Shown here in pieces: positions 18,619-28,702 of a DNA stretch of 47,850 nucleotides. Origin of the DNA: Nitrospinota bacterium. Lineage in GTDB: Bacteria > Nitrospinota > Nitrospinia > Nitrospinales > VA-1. Both the position numbers and the translations under genes were made by a program. Location: contig JAYNIA010000013.1 of the NCBI GenBank assembly GCA_038108555.1, positions 1 through 47,850 on the forward strand. Direction: 5' to 3'. The number at the start of each line of letters is the position of its first letter. The stretch's first letter is position 1. The notes beneath the pieces are model-generated. The model was not told the DNA's origin and ran no database searches. It saw nothing but the letters and a program-made list of their open reading frames with translations.

Positions 18619-19095
18619 TTATTTATCGATTCTACAAATTCCAGATCGCGGAATTTTTAAAGGAAGAATTTCTTTCCCTTCGCAAAAACGCGCATTCCAA
18701 TTCTTATTAAAAACTACGAATATTCCCCCGTCCGCTTTTATTGTTTTCAAAAAACTCTCGCTAAAAAACTGCTTTCCAAAAAAGTATATTTTGCGTGGGT
18801 ACAACCGCTGAATCAAAACAGAACGATCTAATTCAAATCCCCATTCCTTCTTGGGCATTAAAACAACAGAGTCCTGTTTCGTAACTTCTCGAACCAGATT
18901 CACCACCTTGTAAGATTTTATATATTGATTGGGAACATCCCTGGCGCCAGAAACTTCCATTAACATTGAAGGTTTCGCCCCCCAATTTCCGCTTATAATT
19001 TTTACCCGAGGAAGAATAAAGCCATAAGCCAAAAAAGCAATATTAAGGAGTACGACCGACCAAATCATATTTTCGACCCAGGTTCGATTATTCAT
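18619..19095 (-). CDS. Hypothetical protein with one N-terminal TM
   Basis: Overlaps the stop of the upstream GT-C gene by 8 bp; LYPR motif. Confidence 0.65.
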   Translation of the reverse strand: MNNRTWVENMIWSVVLLNIAFLAYGFILPRVKIISGNWGAKPSMLMEVSGARDVPNQYIKSYKVVNLVREVTKQDSVVLMPKKEWGFELDRSVLIQRLYPRKIYFFGKQFFSESFLKTIKADGGIFVVFNKNWNARFCEGKEILPLKIPRSGICRIDK

Positions 19096-20569
19096 CGGCC
19101 AACCTCCGCTTCACAAAAGGTAGCGATGCAATAAAAAAGATAAAAACGGGATAAACTGACATCATCCCCCGGGTATCTGAAAGGTTTACGCTATTTCCCG
19201 GCTGAACAAAGGTTGCGTAAACAAATTCCCCAAGGGTTTTCCACTTGGGTGTGGCGTAACTGAAAATCGCTACATGGGTGCAAAGAAATAAAATCAAAAA
19301 ACATCCCAAAAGTTTCTTTAATTCAGGCAATTCTTTTAGATTCTCAAAAAACAGAAAGACTATCAAAGAAGCTGTAAACAAATAAAAGATATGCACCGTT
19401 GAAGTACGGTAGGAACTGATTAGCAGTTTGTTCCATACCGGGAATGACTCTTTTCCCGAAAGGAACAACAAAGCAAAACACCCTGAAACAGCCAGGATAA
19501 AAGCGATGCGAACACCCGACTCCGGAATTTTCCATTTTCCCCAGGCCAATCCAAACCCAAAAATCCATAATAAAAAACAGACGCCTCCGACCATTTTGAA
19601 TTGGCTGAAGAGAGTCAATTTGAAAGTCATCAAACTCAAAAACCATAAGGTTGGGAAAAAGAGGATGGAAACAAAAAATAGTTTCAAGGGCTTTAAATCG
19701 TTTTCCTCTCTTCGGCTTAGGATAAGTACTGTTAAAAATATGGGGACCAGATCATACAAAAGAAACTCTATTCGGGTCCAAGCCGCAAGCCCCAATAGAG
19801 TCCCACTTATAAGGGCATAAGAATTTTCTACCCCGACACTCGATTCACCTATTTTATTCCTCATCCAGAAATACCAATACAAAGAACCGGTCGAATAAAA
19901 AACCGCCGTTGCTAAATCCAGAAAGGGCAAAACCCCATGCCACCAGAAATATGGCGTGGTGGCCAACACCAGTGTAAAAAGGCAGGCCATTTTTTTATTC
20001 TCGGTGAGTCGCAAAATCTGGGAATAAAAAATAACAACCAGACAAAGATATAAGAGAGGAAAAAATATTTTCAGGAATTCCACATCAAACGAAATTAGAT
20101 AAGCGAACAACAAAGGAATAAATGGCGGGTATTGTTTCAATTGGGCAACCACCCATCCCGAATCGAATCGAACTTCATGAAAAAATGACATCCCGCGGAT
20201 GTGATACCAGATGGCATCTGATTCGGTGATTGGGAAGAACCAGGCGTTAACCATACTAAAAGCAAATAGCCCACCTGCCACCAAAATGGTCACCCAAACC
20301 AGTCCGGTCATTGCACCCGTGTCTAATTGTTCTATTGGTTTTTCCGGAAAAAATAAAATAAGCAACAACATCAAAAGGCCAAAGCCTAATTGAATTGAAG
20401 CTGTAGGCTGAATTCCCAACCGGATTAAAAAAAACAGGATAAGGCTTTTTAAGGCCAGTGCCATCAAAAAAGACAAAGCCAGTTTTTCCATCTGGAGCAA
20501 CCCCATACATCCGCTTCGGCACAGTCGATAAGCGGAGTACCAAACGAGGACAAAATCAATCCAAATCAT
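19088..20569 (-). CDS. GT-C fold polytopic membrane glycosyltransferase
   Basis: Many TMs; DAIWY, YPPFIP, LLGLAAWTRIE. Confidence 0.7.
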   Translation of the reverse strand: MIWIDFVLVWYSAYRLCRSGCMGLLQMEKLALSFLMALALKSLILFFLIRLGIQPTASIQLGFGLLMLLLILFFPEKPIEQLDTGAMTGLVWVTILVAGGLFAFSMVNAWFFPITESDAIWYHIRGMSFFHEVRFDSGWVVAQLKQYPPFIPLLFAYLISFDVEFLKIFFPLLYLCLVVIFYSQILRLTENKKMACLFTLVLATTPYFWWHGVLPFLDLATAVFYSTGSLYWYFWMRNKIGESSVGVENSYALISGTLLGLAAWTRIEFLLYDLVPIFLTVLILSRREENDLKPLKLFFVSILFFPTLWFLSLMTFKLTLFSQFKMVGGVCFLLWIFGFGLAWGKWKIPESGVRIAFILAVSGCFALLFLSGKESFPVWNKLLISSYRTSTVHIFYLFTASLIVFLFFENLKELPELKKLLGCFLILFLCTHVAIFSYATPKWKTLGEFVYATFVQPGNSVNLSDTRGMMSVYPVFIFFIASLPFVKRRLADE

Positions 20570-20610
20570 TTACAAATATTCTTTTGTGGTTAATGAAAAA
20601 ACCGACGACC

Positions 20611-21297
20611 TTATCGGGATTGAAAAAAATAGAAATCAACTGACGGTTCTGTCCCTTTTGCATCGCCATGATAATTTTTATTTTTGACGGTTTGAATTAG
20701 TTCCCAGGAGGGAAACCATTCTTCAATGTTGCTCGTAAAATTTCTATGCCGCACATGTCGAGAATGCAACATTCCATCGGTCTCTTTATTCGAAGAGTAA
20801 ATGGCCACATATTTCCGGGAAGCACTGAAAACGTTTGTCAGGTATTTACGAAACACCTCATCTTCTACAAGATGGTAGATCACATCCAGAGAGAGCACCA
20901 GGTCGGCCGCAAACTTCTGTTGATTCTGGTCAATTTCATCGGGGTCGTACACAACGAATTTTTTTGAAGCATCGCATTCAAACAATGAAGAGGACAGCTT
21001 AACGGCCTCTTCAGAAATATCCAGTCCGGTGTATTGCGGATATTCAGCATAAGTCAGTTGATTTCCATCCCCACATCCAAATTCAGTCACCGAATGAATA
21101 TTGTTTTCACGTACAAATTTATTTAAAACCTCCGATTTAAACTCGGCATTTTTTCCATAAGACCCCTTCCCGGAGTTTCCACCCAGCAAATAACGTTTTT
21201 TCCAATAATCCTGGGACCCGGGAAAGAATACCTGGCGAAGACGAATAAAGAACTGGACTATTGCGGAGGGCTTGGGATATTCGGATTTATTTATCAT
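20611..21297 (-). CDS. Class I SAM-dependent methyltransferase
   Basis: YWKKRY..GGNSG.GSYG, EFGCGDG, SLDVIYHL. Confidence 0.85.
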   Translation of the reverse strand: MINKSEYPKPSAIVQFFIRLRQVFFPGSQDYWKKRYLLGGNSGKGSYGKNAEFKSEVLNKFVRENNIHSVTEFGCGDGNQLTYAEYPQYTGLDISEEAVKLSSSLFECDASKKFVVYDPDEIDQNQQKFAADLVLSLDVIYHLVEDEVFRKYLTNVFSASRKYVAIYSSNKETDGMLHSRHVRHRNFTSNIEEWFPSWELIQTVKNKNYHGDAKGTEPSVDFYFFQSR

Positions 21298-21346
21298 TGA
21301 CTTCCTTAAGAAAAAAAAGTCTCAACAAGACAGATGAAGGTAATGC

Positions 21347-22384
21347 CTAGGTGTTTGCAGTGATGGCGTTAGGGTCCATGGCTCCTTTAAAAGCGTTCCC
21401 TGCTTCTTCATAAAAGCGTTCACGTTCATCCTTATGCCGTCGGGAGAAATGAAATATGTCGAGCTGCTTAACGCCAGCTTCACGCGCCAAAGTACCCGCC
21501 TGTTGGGTTGTGAGATGGCATCTTTCCTGTCCCCTTTCGGCTTCATCGGCAAAAAAGGGTGATTCACAGAAGAACAGATCAGCGGATTTTACCAACTCAA
21601 TAATCTTTTTTCTGTTTCGCTCGTTAAACACAGAATCCGTCACGTAGGCTATTTTATGGCCGGGATTAATTTCGACCAGGTCCTTTTTTAATTGGCCCAG
21701 TGAGATTTGCTGCACCTCTGCCTTTTCTTCGCCTTTTATGGGTACTTCAATTGCAAAAGTGTCCGGTTTACCTTCGAGGATCGATTGTTTTAACTCATTC
21801 AACCAGGGCCCCTCGATCACCTTCATAGAAACTAATCGGTCTTTATTTATGTTTACATGAAGGTTTTCCTCCAGGGAATACCCCAAACAGGGGACTCGAT
21901 GTTCGAGAACCGTCGCCCGCACCCTAATCGAATCATCTTCAAATACCACCCCATCCTTAAATTCCCACTCTTTTCTATCCGTCAGCTTGAACTTTTCAAT
22001 GGCCCTGAATGTGACCTTTGTAATCTTATCTTCCCGCACCTCCACCACGTCAATCGTCAGCGATTCATCGTAGCGATCCACCAGGTTCCAGGTAAACCCG
22101 GCCAGTTTACCTTCCACATTCTTAATAAAGTTTTCCGGGCCAATAAAGGTCAGTGTTTTTTCCCTACCGAAAACCGTCCTTAACAAACGATCAAAACCAA
22201 TAAAATGGTCAATATGGGTATGACTCACAAAAACCTGCGAAACTTTTAAAAGGTCTGCACTGGTCAGTGATGAAATATCTCCTATATCAAACAAGAGGGT
22301 CCGTTTTTGGAACAAAAACCGGACAATAATACCGGGATCGCCAAAAGGATCGTTTACAAGGGAAGCCTCGAGACCCGACTTCAT
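21347..22384 (-). CDS. RNase Z-like MBL-fold metallo-hydrolase
   Basis: SHTHIDH (HxHxDH), HRVPCLGY, YVTD, HLT, FHFSRR; ATG overlaps the prfB stop. Confidence 0.8.
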   Translation of the reverse strand: MKSGLEASLVNDPFGDPGIIVRFLFQKRTLLFDIGDISSLTSADLLKVSQVFVSHTHIDHFIGFDRLLRTVFGREKTLTFIGPENFIKNVEGKLAGFTWNLVDRYDESLTIDVVEVREDKITKVTFRAIEKFKLTDRKEWEFKDGVVFEDDSIRVRATVLEHRVPCLGYSLEENLHVNINKDRLVSMKVIEGPWLNELKQSILEGKPDTFAIEVPIKGEEKAEVQQISLGQLKKDLVEINPGHKIAYVTDSVFNERNRKKIIELVKSADLFFCESPFFADEAERGQERCHLTTQQAGTLAREAGVKQLDIFHFSRRHKDERERFYEEAGNAFKGAMDPNAITANT

Positions 22385-23500
22385 CACACCGCCCCCCCGG
22401 ACTCAGAACTATTGAAACGCAGGAACGCCTGGATAAAAGTATCCAGGTCCCCGTCTAAAACTGCGTCTACGTTTCCCACTTCTACATTGGTCCGAAGGTC
22501 TTTAACAAGGCGATAAGGATGCAGGACATAGGAACGAATCTGGCTGCCCCACTCTATTTTCTTTTTTTGTTTTTCCATCTCTTTCTTTTCCTCATCCGCT
22601 TTTTCCTGCTCCACCTCATACAAACGCGCTTTTAAAACTTTAATGGCAGAAGCTTTATTCTTATGCTGCGATCTTTCATTTTGGCATTGGACCACAATTC
22701 CCGAAGGCACATGCGTCAGGCGGACTGCAGAATCTGTAGTGTTGACACCTTGCCCTCCCGGTCCGGACGCACGGTAAACATCGATTTTCAGATCTTCCTC
22801 CTTCACTTCCACCTCAATATCCTCATCCGCTTCCGGGTAAACAAAGACCGAAGCAAAAGAGGTGTGCCTTCTCTTATTGGAATCAAAGGGGGATATCCTT
22901 ACCAGGCGATGCACCCCTATCTCGGCCTTTAAATATCCAAAAGCATAATCCCCTGAAAATTGGATTGTTGCGCTCTTTATGCCAGCCTCTTCACCATATT
23001 GGGTATCCAGCACCTCAGTTTTGAACCCGTTGCGATCCCCCCACCGCAAATACATCCGCAGCAGCATATCGGCCCAATCCTGAGATTCGGTTCCTCCCGC
23101 ACCTGAATTGATAGCCACAAATGCGTTATTAAAATCGTTTTTTCCCGAAAGGAGGGCCTTAAATTCTGCTTCTCCAACCTGGCTGTTTAGATCGGCCAGG
23201 GAAGATGTGATTTCTGCCACCAGAGAGGGGTCTTCCTCTTCCTCACATAACTCCAGCATGGCCCTGATATCTTCACTGGCATTTTGAAGGTTTTTCCAGA
23301 TTTCAACTTGGCGCTGCAATGCCGACCGGTTTTGCAGTATTTTTTGAGCTTCCTGATTATCGTCCCAGAACCCAGGCAGGGCGATGGACTCATCAAATGA
23401 TTCGAGGGTTTTTAGCTTGTTTTCGACGTCAAAGAAACCCCCGGAGTTGGTCTATTCTGGCTTCAATATCTTCGAGGTTTTTAGCGTGATCTTCTTGCAT
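22384..23500 (-). CDS. prfB: Peptide chain release factor 2, programmed +1 frameshift
   Basis: MQEDHAKNLEDIEARIDQLRGFL, then CTT TGA C; the +1 frame continues DVENKL...FWDD into the 311-aa ORF carrying SPF and GGQ motifs. Confidence 0.97.
23428..23444 (-). other. RF2 programmed frameshift signal
   Basis: Minus strand reads CGGGGG TTT CTT TGA C: internal SD-like element plus slippery CUU-UGA-C. Confidence 0.95.
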
Positions 23501-23793
23501 CAGATTCTCCGTTTTCGTTGACGTCCGGCCTATTCTCTCCAATCCCACAGTGAAAAGCAAGCCAGCCCAGGCACCCTGCTTTTCCAGCCAAAACAGATGG
23601 TTGAACCCCGCTCTGCCCTTCACTATACTCAGACGGACCTGCATGATCCTGAGCCCTATTTTTCCACCTTTTTTGAGGAGGCACCCCCTAAGGCAATCTC
23701 AAGTTTTTGCCGATGAGTTATAGAACGGGTAAACTAGCACCCACCGAATTTCACGGGAACCCTTTTAAATTAGGAAGAAACCCGAATACATCT

Positions 23794-26700
23794 ATGGATC
23801 CCCTAATTTCAATTCATCTTTTATCCATTATCTTCCTGGCCTTTCTTTGCAGATGGCCCTTTCTCAAGTTTCCCCTGGATGATGATTTCGCCATATACAC
23901 CTACCGCGCCCGATTCAGGGATATAGGGTTCGACTGGAAAAAGGATTTGCAGATCATTGGCATCCCCATGTGGAAGATGATGCTTTTCGACCGGGTATTC
24001 GCATCCCGGGAAAATGGACATTCGAGAATCCGAAATTTACAAACCCTTTTTCATATCTTTGCCTGTCTATCGATTTACTGGGTCGTATTTGAAATTACGA
24101 AAAACCCCTGGGCGGCATTTGCAGGTGGCCTGCTGTACTCATTTTACGGCACCTCTCCTGACCTGACGGCGGGTTCTTTCAATTTTGAGCAGTTTTATAT
24201 CCCTTTTATTATTTCAGGACTGGCATTTCTTTTAGAAGGCTCTGTTGTTTTGGCAGGTTTTTGTTTTGGTTTTGCAGCCATTGCAAAGTGCACCATGCTC
24301 ATCTATGCCGGTGCATTTGCACCAATCGTATGGTTGTCTTACGGCGAAGTTCCCGCTCTCTATTTCGCCATTACCGTGAGTGCGATTATTCTTATTTCCA
24401 ATTTGATTGAGTGGAAACTGGGATTTTGGGATAGCGAAGCAAAAAAGCAATTTAATACGCGGATGGCCACCACAATGAGGATTACAAAAACAAAAATCCT
24501 CCATTTCAGTGTTTGGCTTGAAATGGGTTTGGTATTTAAGCAATCGCTTCCCATTTGGTTGGCAGGAATACCCGCATTGATTTTCCAAATAGCAGAAGCG
24601 GAAACCTTTTGGCTGGCAACCTTCACTTTCATAACCCTGAGCAATATCGTATTGCAGCGTGCATTTTCCAGATATCACTACCTTCCCTGGTTTGCTTTAC
24701 TTTCCCTTGGAAACGGTTTAGGTGTTCATTGGTTAATGCAACAAGAGCCGGTTATGGCAATCTCCATCGCTGCGATTTACCTTTTGGTATTGGGTTGGAA
24801 TATCAAATCCCTGCTTTTTTATTATTTAAAACCAACTCATCCCGAAACCCTGGTGCAATACGAAAAGTATGATCAATATTTATATCTCCCACGCGTTGGG
24901 GAAATTTTAAAGCGACTCATGAAAAGGCGTGGAGAGTCCGGCGAACGAATTTTTGTTTGGGGGACTTTTTCCCAGCTCTATCATTTGACGGATTGCCCCT
25001 CAGCAGACAATTATCTTCATTACACAATCGGCCCATGGGACACAGAAGACCTGGAAGGGTTTTATGACAGCATCGTTGGAGGGATCATCGAACACCGGCC
25101 CAAATATATAATCAAAACCTTTCCTGATCTGGACATGGACAAATTGCAGGAAATCACGGGACTAAAATATACCCTCCAGAAAGTTTTACTGGCTCGGTTT
25201 CCGGTTTACCGCCTGGAAGGATCTACACCTGTACCCAATCCCGTTTCCCAGACCTGGCAGGAAAAAATGCAACAAATGGAAGAGTTGACTGAAGGGGAAT
25301 GGCATGCTCCCGCCCTGAGCAGAGCGGATATGGAAAGAGGGGAACTGTCTACTGCCTTTAAAGAATGTAAAAAGCTCTTGAAACTGAATCCTAATGATCG
25401 GGAAGGAAACGTTTATTTAGGGGAAATTTACTCGGCACTCAATCTTCCTCTTATGGCGGAAAAAGCTTTTGAAAAAGCCATCGAATTGGCTCCCGAATGG
25501 CAACACCTGAGAATTCTTTTAGCCAACACAAAAACCCATCTCAAAAAATTTGATGAAGCGGTTGTTTTAATTAAAGAAGAAATCAAAAGATTCGATTGTG
25601 ATGTTGAAGATGCCTTTCTAAATGGAATTTTTCAAAAGCATCAAGGAAATTACCAGGAAGCATGGCAGGAATTCGAAAAAATGAGAAAGAATTTTCCCGA
25701 CCGCCACGACTGCTGGGAATTTTCCATCGAATGCCTGATCCAGTTAAAAAACAAACAAGCTTTGAAAACTTTGTTTAGTGACGCACAAAAACTCGGATTA
25801 AAAAAGGATAGGGAGTGGCTGCAAACAAAAATAGCCCAGGCCATCGCAATACTTGAAGCCCAACCGGAATATAAAACTCTGGCCAATTATCTGGAGAAAT
25901 ACCCTGAAAACGGGATATTGAAGTACGCCACCGCCTCTGCCATGGAAAGCGCAGGAGACCCTTCAGGAGCCTATGCATTATTTGAAGAAATTGTAGATTC
26001 TTCCCAACAATATCTTCACATTCAGGCCAATGCCTGCTTTAGAATGGCCCGGTTGGTTCCGCTAGAAAAAAGACAGAAACTGCTAAAAAAATGTATTAAG
26101 TTAAACCCTTCTCATCAAGGAGCTCAAGCTATGCTGAGCGAAGTTCAAGAAACAAATGGTTTTCCAGAATCCTCTAAAATGACCCGATCTGAAAACCCTC
26201 TGGTAAGTGTCATAGTCCCAAACTGGAACGGTATGCGCTTTGTAGGCATGTGCCTGGACTCACTCGCGGAACTCAATTTTGAGAATTTTGAAGTCATCAT
26301 TGTTGATAATGGTTCAGAAGATGGTTCCCGGGAAATGATTGAAGAAAAATATCCCTGGGTGAGACTGCTCAAACTTCCCTACAATAAAGGATTCGCCATC
26401 GCCTGTAATGAGGGCATCAAGGCAGCCAAAGCGGAATATGTGGTTTTGCTCAATAATGACATAGAAGTTACCCCCGATTGGTTGGCCGAGCTTTATGAAG
26501 GTATGGAACGGCACCCTGAATGTGGAATGGGAACCACCAAAATGATGTTCCTCGACAACCGGGATGTCTTTTACAACACCGGGGACCTTTTTCACTCCTG
26601 GTCGGCAGGAGGAGGGCGAGGACAAGGTGAAAAAGACACCGGTCAATACGACACTGAAGAATATGTGTTTGGAGCCTGTGCCGGGGCGGGAATTTACCGT

Positions 26701-27135
26701 AAAAAACTATTTGAACAAATTGGATTGTTTGATGAGGATTTCTTCATTTTCGCCGAAGATGTTGACCTGAATATGCGCAGCCAGTTGCAGGGTTTCAAGG
26801 CGGTTTATTTACCCAAATCAAAGGTTTATCACATTGGAACTGCAACTGTGGGCCTGTATAGCGACCGCTATGTTTATTTATGCAAACGCAACGATATTCT
26901 GGTTTTTATCAAAAACTATTCCCTGAAAATGTATTTCAAATACCTCTTTTCTATCTGGAAACACCAGTTTAACGACATAAAATATTTCACCTACCGGGGA
27001 CAAGGTCAGGTTTTGTTAAAAAGCAAATGGGATGCTTTGAAACTGCTTCCAAAAATGATTTTTCGCAGGTTCCAGATCCAACGAACCCGGACCATGTCTG
27101 ATGCGGAGATTGAAACTCATATAATTACGGATTAA
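23794..27135 (+). CDS. Multidomain glycosyltransferase: N-terminal GT-C membrane domain, TPR repeats, C-terminal GT2
   Basis: PLDDD after TM1 followed by many TMs; TPR-like motifs (LKLNPND, KAIELAPE, IKLNPSH); GT2 motifs VSVIVPNWNG, VDNGSEDGS, LLNNDIE, FDEDFFIFAEDVDL. Confidence 0.85.
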   Translation: MDPLISIHLLSIIFLAFLCRWPFLKFPLDDDFAIYTYRARFRDIGFDWKKDLQIIGIPMWKMMLFDRVFASRENGHSRIRNLQTLFHIFACLSIYWVVFEITKNPWAAFAGGLLYSFYGTSPDLTAGSFNFEQFYIPFIISGLAFLLEGSVVLAGFCFGFAAIAKCTMLIYAGAFAPIVWLSYGEVPALYFAITVSAIILISNLIEWKLGFWDSEAKKQFNTRMATTMRITKTKILHFSVWLEMGLVFKQSLPIWLAGIPALIFQIAEAETFWLATFTFITLSNIVLQRAFSRYHYLPWFALLSLGNGLGVHWLMQQEPVMAISIAAIYLLVLGWNIKSLLFYYLKPTHPETLVQYEKYDQYLYLPRVGEILKRLMKRRGESGERIFVWGTFSQLYHLTDCPSADNYLHYTIGPWDTEDLEGFYDSIVGGIIEHRPKYIIKTFPDLDMDKLQEITGLKYTLQKVLLARFPVYRLEGSTPVPNPVSQTWQEKMQQMEELTEGEWHAPALSRADMERGELSTAFKECKKLLKLNPNDREGNVYLGEIYSALNLPLMAEKAFEKAIELAPEWQHLRILLANTKTHLKKFDEAVVLIKEEIKRFDCDVEDAFLNGIFQKHQGNYQEAWQEFEKMRKNFPDRHDCWEFSIECLIQLKNKQALKTLFSDAQKLGLKKDREWLQTKIAQAIAILEAQPEYKTLANYLEKYPENGILKYATASAMESAGDPSGAYALFEEIVDSSQQYLHIQANACFRMARLVPLEKRQKLLKKCIKLNPSHQGAQAMLSEVQETNGFPESSKMTRSENPLVSVIVPNWNGMRFVGMCLDSLAELNFENFEVIIVDNGSEDGSREMIEEKYPWVRLLKLPYNKGFAIACNEGIKAAKAEYVVLLNNDIEVTPDWLAELYEGMERHPECGMGTTKMMFLDNRDVFYNTGDLFHSWSAGGGRGQGEKDTGQYDTEEYVFGACAGAGIYRKKLFEQIGLFDEDFFIFAEDVDLNMRSQLQGFKAVYLPKSKVYHIGTATVGLYSDRYVYLCKRNDILVFIKNYSLKMYFKYLFSIWKHQFNDIKYFTYRGQGQVLLKSKWDALKLLPKMIFRRFQIQRTRTMSDAEIETHIITD

Positions 27136-27187
27136 TTTTTGCAATAAAGTTCCGTTAAGAAAAGGGTCTTTAATCCAAGAAATATTC

Positions 27188-28702
27188 ATGAAAAACTCAA
27201 TTCTTCTTTTCAATCCAAGACCCGACCCTTACTACAAGCCGGTCGACCTCCCCATTTCACTGATTTGTGTCTCACGTTTTCTCGACAAGGAAGGCTACCC
27301 CATAAAAATCCTTGCTGAGAACCTATACCCGGACCCCTATAAAGAAATTCAAGAGTCGGCAAAAGACAGTCTGGTTTTGGGAGTGTCCGCCATGACGGGC
27401 CTGCAAATTCAAGGAGGCCTCAAAGCAAGTCAAATGGCGAAGGAAGCCAATAAAGATATAAAAGTAATTTGGGGAGGATGGCACCCTTCCGTACATCCTT
27501 ATCAGGTGCTTGAAAGTCCTTATATAGATATAGTAATCAAGGGACAGGGTGCCCGCGCGCTCCACGATGTCGTGAAAAGAATCGAAGCGGGTGAAGATTA
27601 CAAGGATATTCCAGGAGTGATCTGGAAGGAAGATGGAGAGATATTTACTAATCCTGACCGAAGCCTGGAATCCATTGATGACTGGCCCCCGCTTCCCTAC
27701 CATTTGGTTGATATTGAAAAGTGCGTCATGGTTACCGAATTTGGAAGCCGGACTATAAATTATGTCTCCAGCTACGGCTGCCCCTACCGGTGTTCTTTTT
27801 GTAGTGAAGTCACGGTTAACAAGCGGGGTTGGGTGGGATTAAATCCAGAAGCGGTTTTAGATGATTTGGAAAGGCTACAGAATCAATACAATATTAATGG
27901 GGTCAACCTGTACGACAGCCTGTTTTTTGTGAATGTCAAAAGGGCCAAAGCTATTCTGCAAGGAATCATTGATCGCGGACTAACCCTTAGACTCGGCAAT
28001 TTGGATGGCCGCGCTAAGCAATTGGCGGAAGCAGATGATGAACTGTGGGAATTACTAAGAGATTCCAGAACCTACAGCATTTTATGCGGGGCAGAATCCG
28101 GCGACCAGGAATCCTTGAATGCCATCGACAAGGACATGGACGTCGAAGACAATTATAAATTTGCGGAAAAATGCCGCAAGTATGGAGTGAAAGTTATCTT
28201 TTCTACACTGGTGGGCATTCCCATGGCCGACCACACCCACCAGCAATTGACGCAAAAAACCAATAGCCAGATTGAAGCAACAGTAAAAATGTTGGATAAA
28301 TTCCTGTCTTACGACAGCCGCAATCGAGGGCAGATGTTTATTTATATGCCTTTTCCCGGAACTCCCTTATACGACACCGCAGTCAAGCTCGGCTTTGAGG
28401 AACCCAAAAAACTTGAAGGCTGGGCGCATATGAAATTCTATGAAAAACAAACGCCCTGGGTTACAGAAAAACAGGCAAAATTGGTTTCAATGATTTCGAG
28501 CTATATTTTTATGTTCCTCGATTCTGACACCATCGTCTGGGCCAAAGGGAGAATCAAAAACCCGGTCAAAAAACAATTCTTTGTTTGGGCTTTTAGCCTA
28601 TTTGCCCAGATTGCAAAATTCAGATGGAAATACAAACTGTTTGGCTTTCCACTAGACTACCAGTTGTTCTTATTTGCAAAGAGAAACAACAAAACCATTT
28701 AA
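27188..28702 (+). CDS. B12-binding radical SAM protein (class B methyltransferase-like)
   Basis: WGGWHPS B12 domain; GCPYRCSFC; GAESG; PFPGTPLY. Confidence 0.92.
   Translation: MKNSILLFNPRPDPYYKPVDLPISLICVSRFLDKEGYPIKILAENLYPDPYKEIQESAKDSLVLGVSAMTGLQIQGGLKASQMAKEANKDIKVIWGGWHPSVHPYQVLESPYIDIVIKGQGARALHDVVKRIEAGEDYKDIPGVIWKEDGEIFTNPDRSLESIDDWPPLPYHLVDIEKCVMVTEFGSRTINYVSSYGCPYRCSFCSEVTVNKRGWVGLNPEAVLDDLERLQNQYNINGVNLYDSLFFVNVKRAKAILQGIIDRGLTLRLGNLDGRAKQLAEADDELWELLRDSRTYSILCGAESGDQESLNAIDKDMDVEDNYKFAEKCRKYGVKVIFSTLVGIPMADHTHQQLTQKTNSQIEATVKMLDKFLSYDSRNRGQMFIYMPFPGTPLYDTAVKLGFEEPKKLEGWAHMKFYEKQTPWVTEKQAKLVSMISSYIFMFLDSDTIVWAKGRIKNPVKKQFFVWAFSLFAQIAKFRWKYKLFGFPLDYQLFLFAKRNNKTI

Noticed and set aside
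23429..23644. 71-aa ORF, or prfB as a pseudogene
   Set aside because: Its last 23 codons are the normal first segment of prfB before the programmed frameshift; the upstream extension is probably spurious
27188..28702. Assignment as hopanoid methylase hpnP/hpnR or as hpnJ
   Set aside because: Only generic class B radical-SAM motifs are visible, and the gene is 23 kb from hpnA; a phylogeny would be needed
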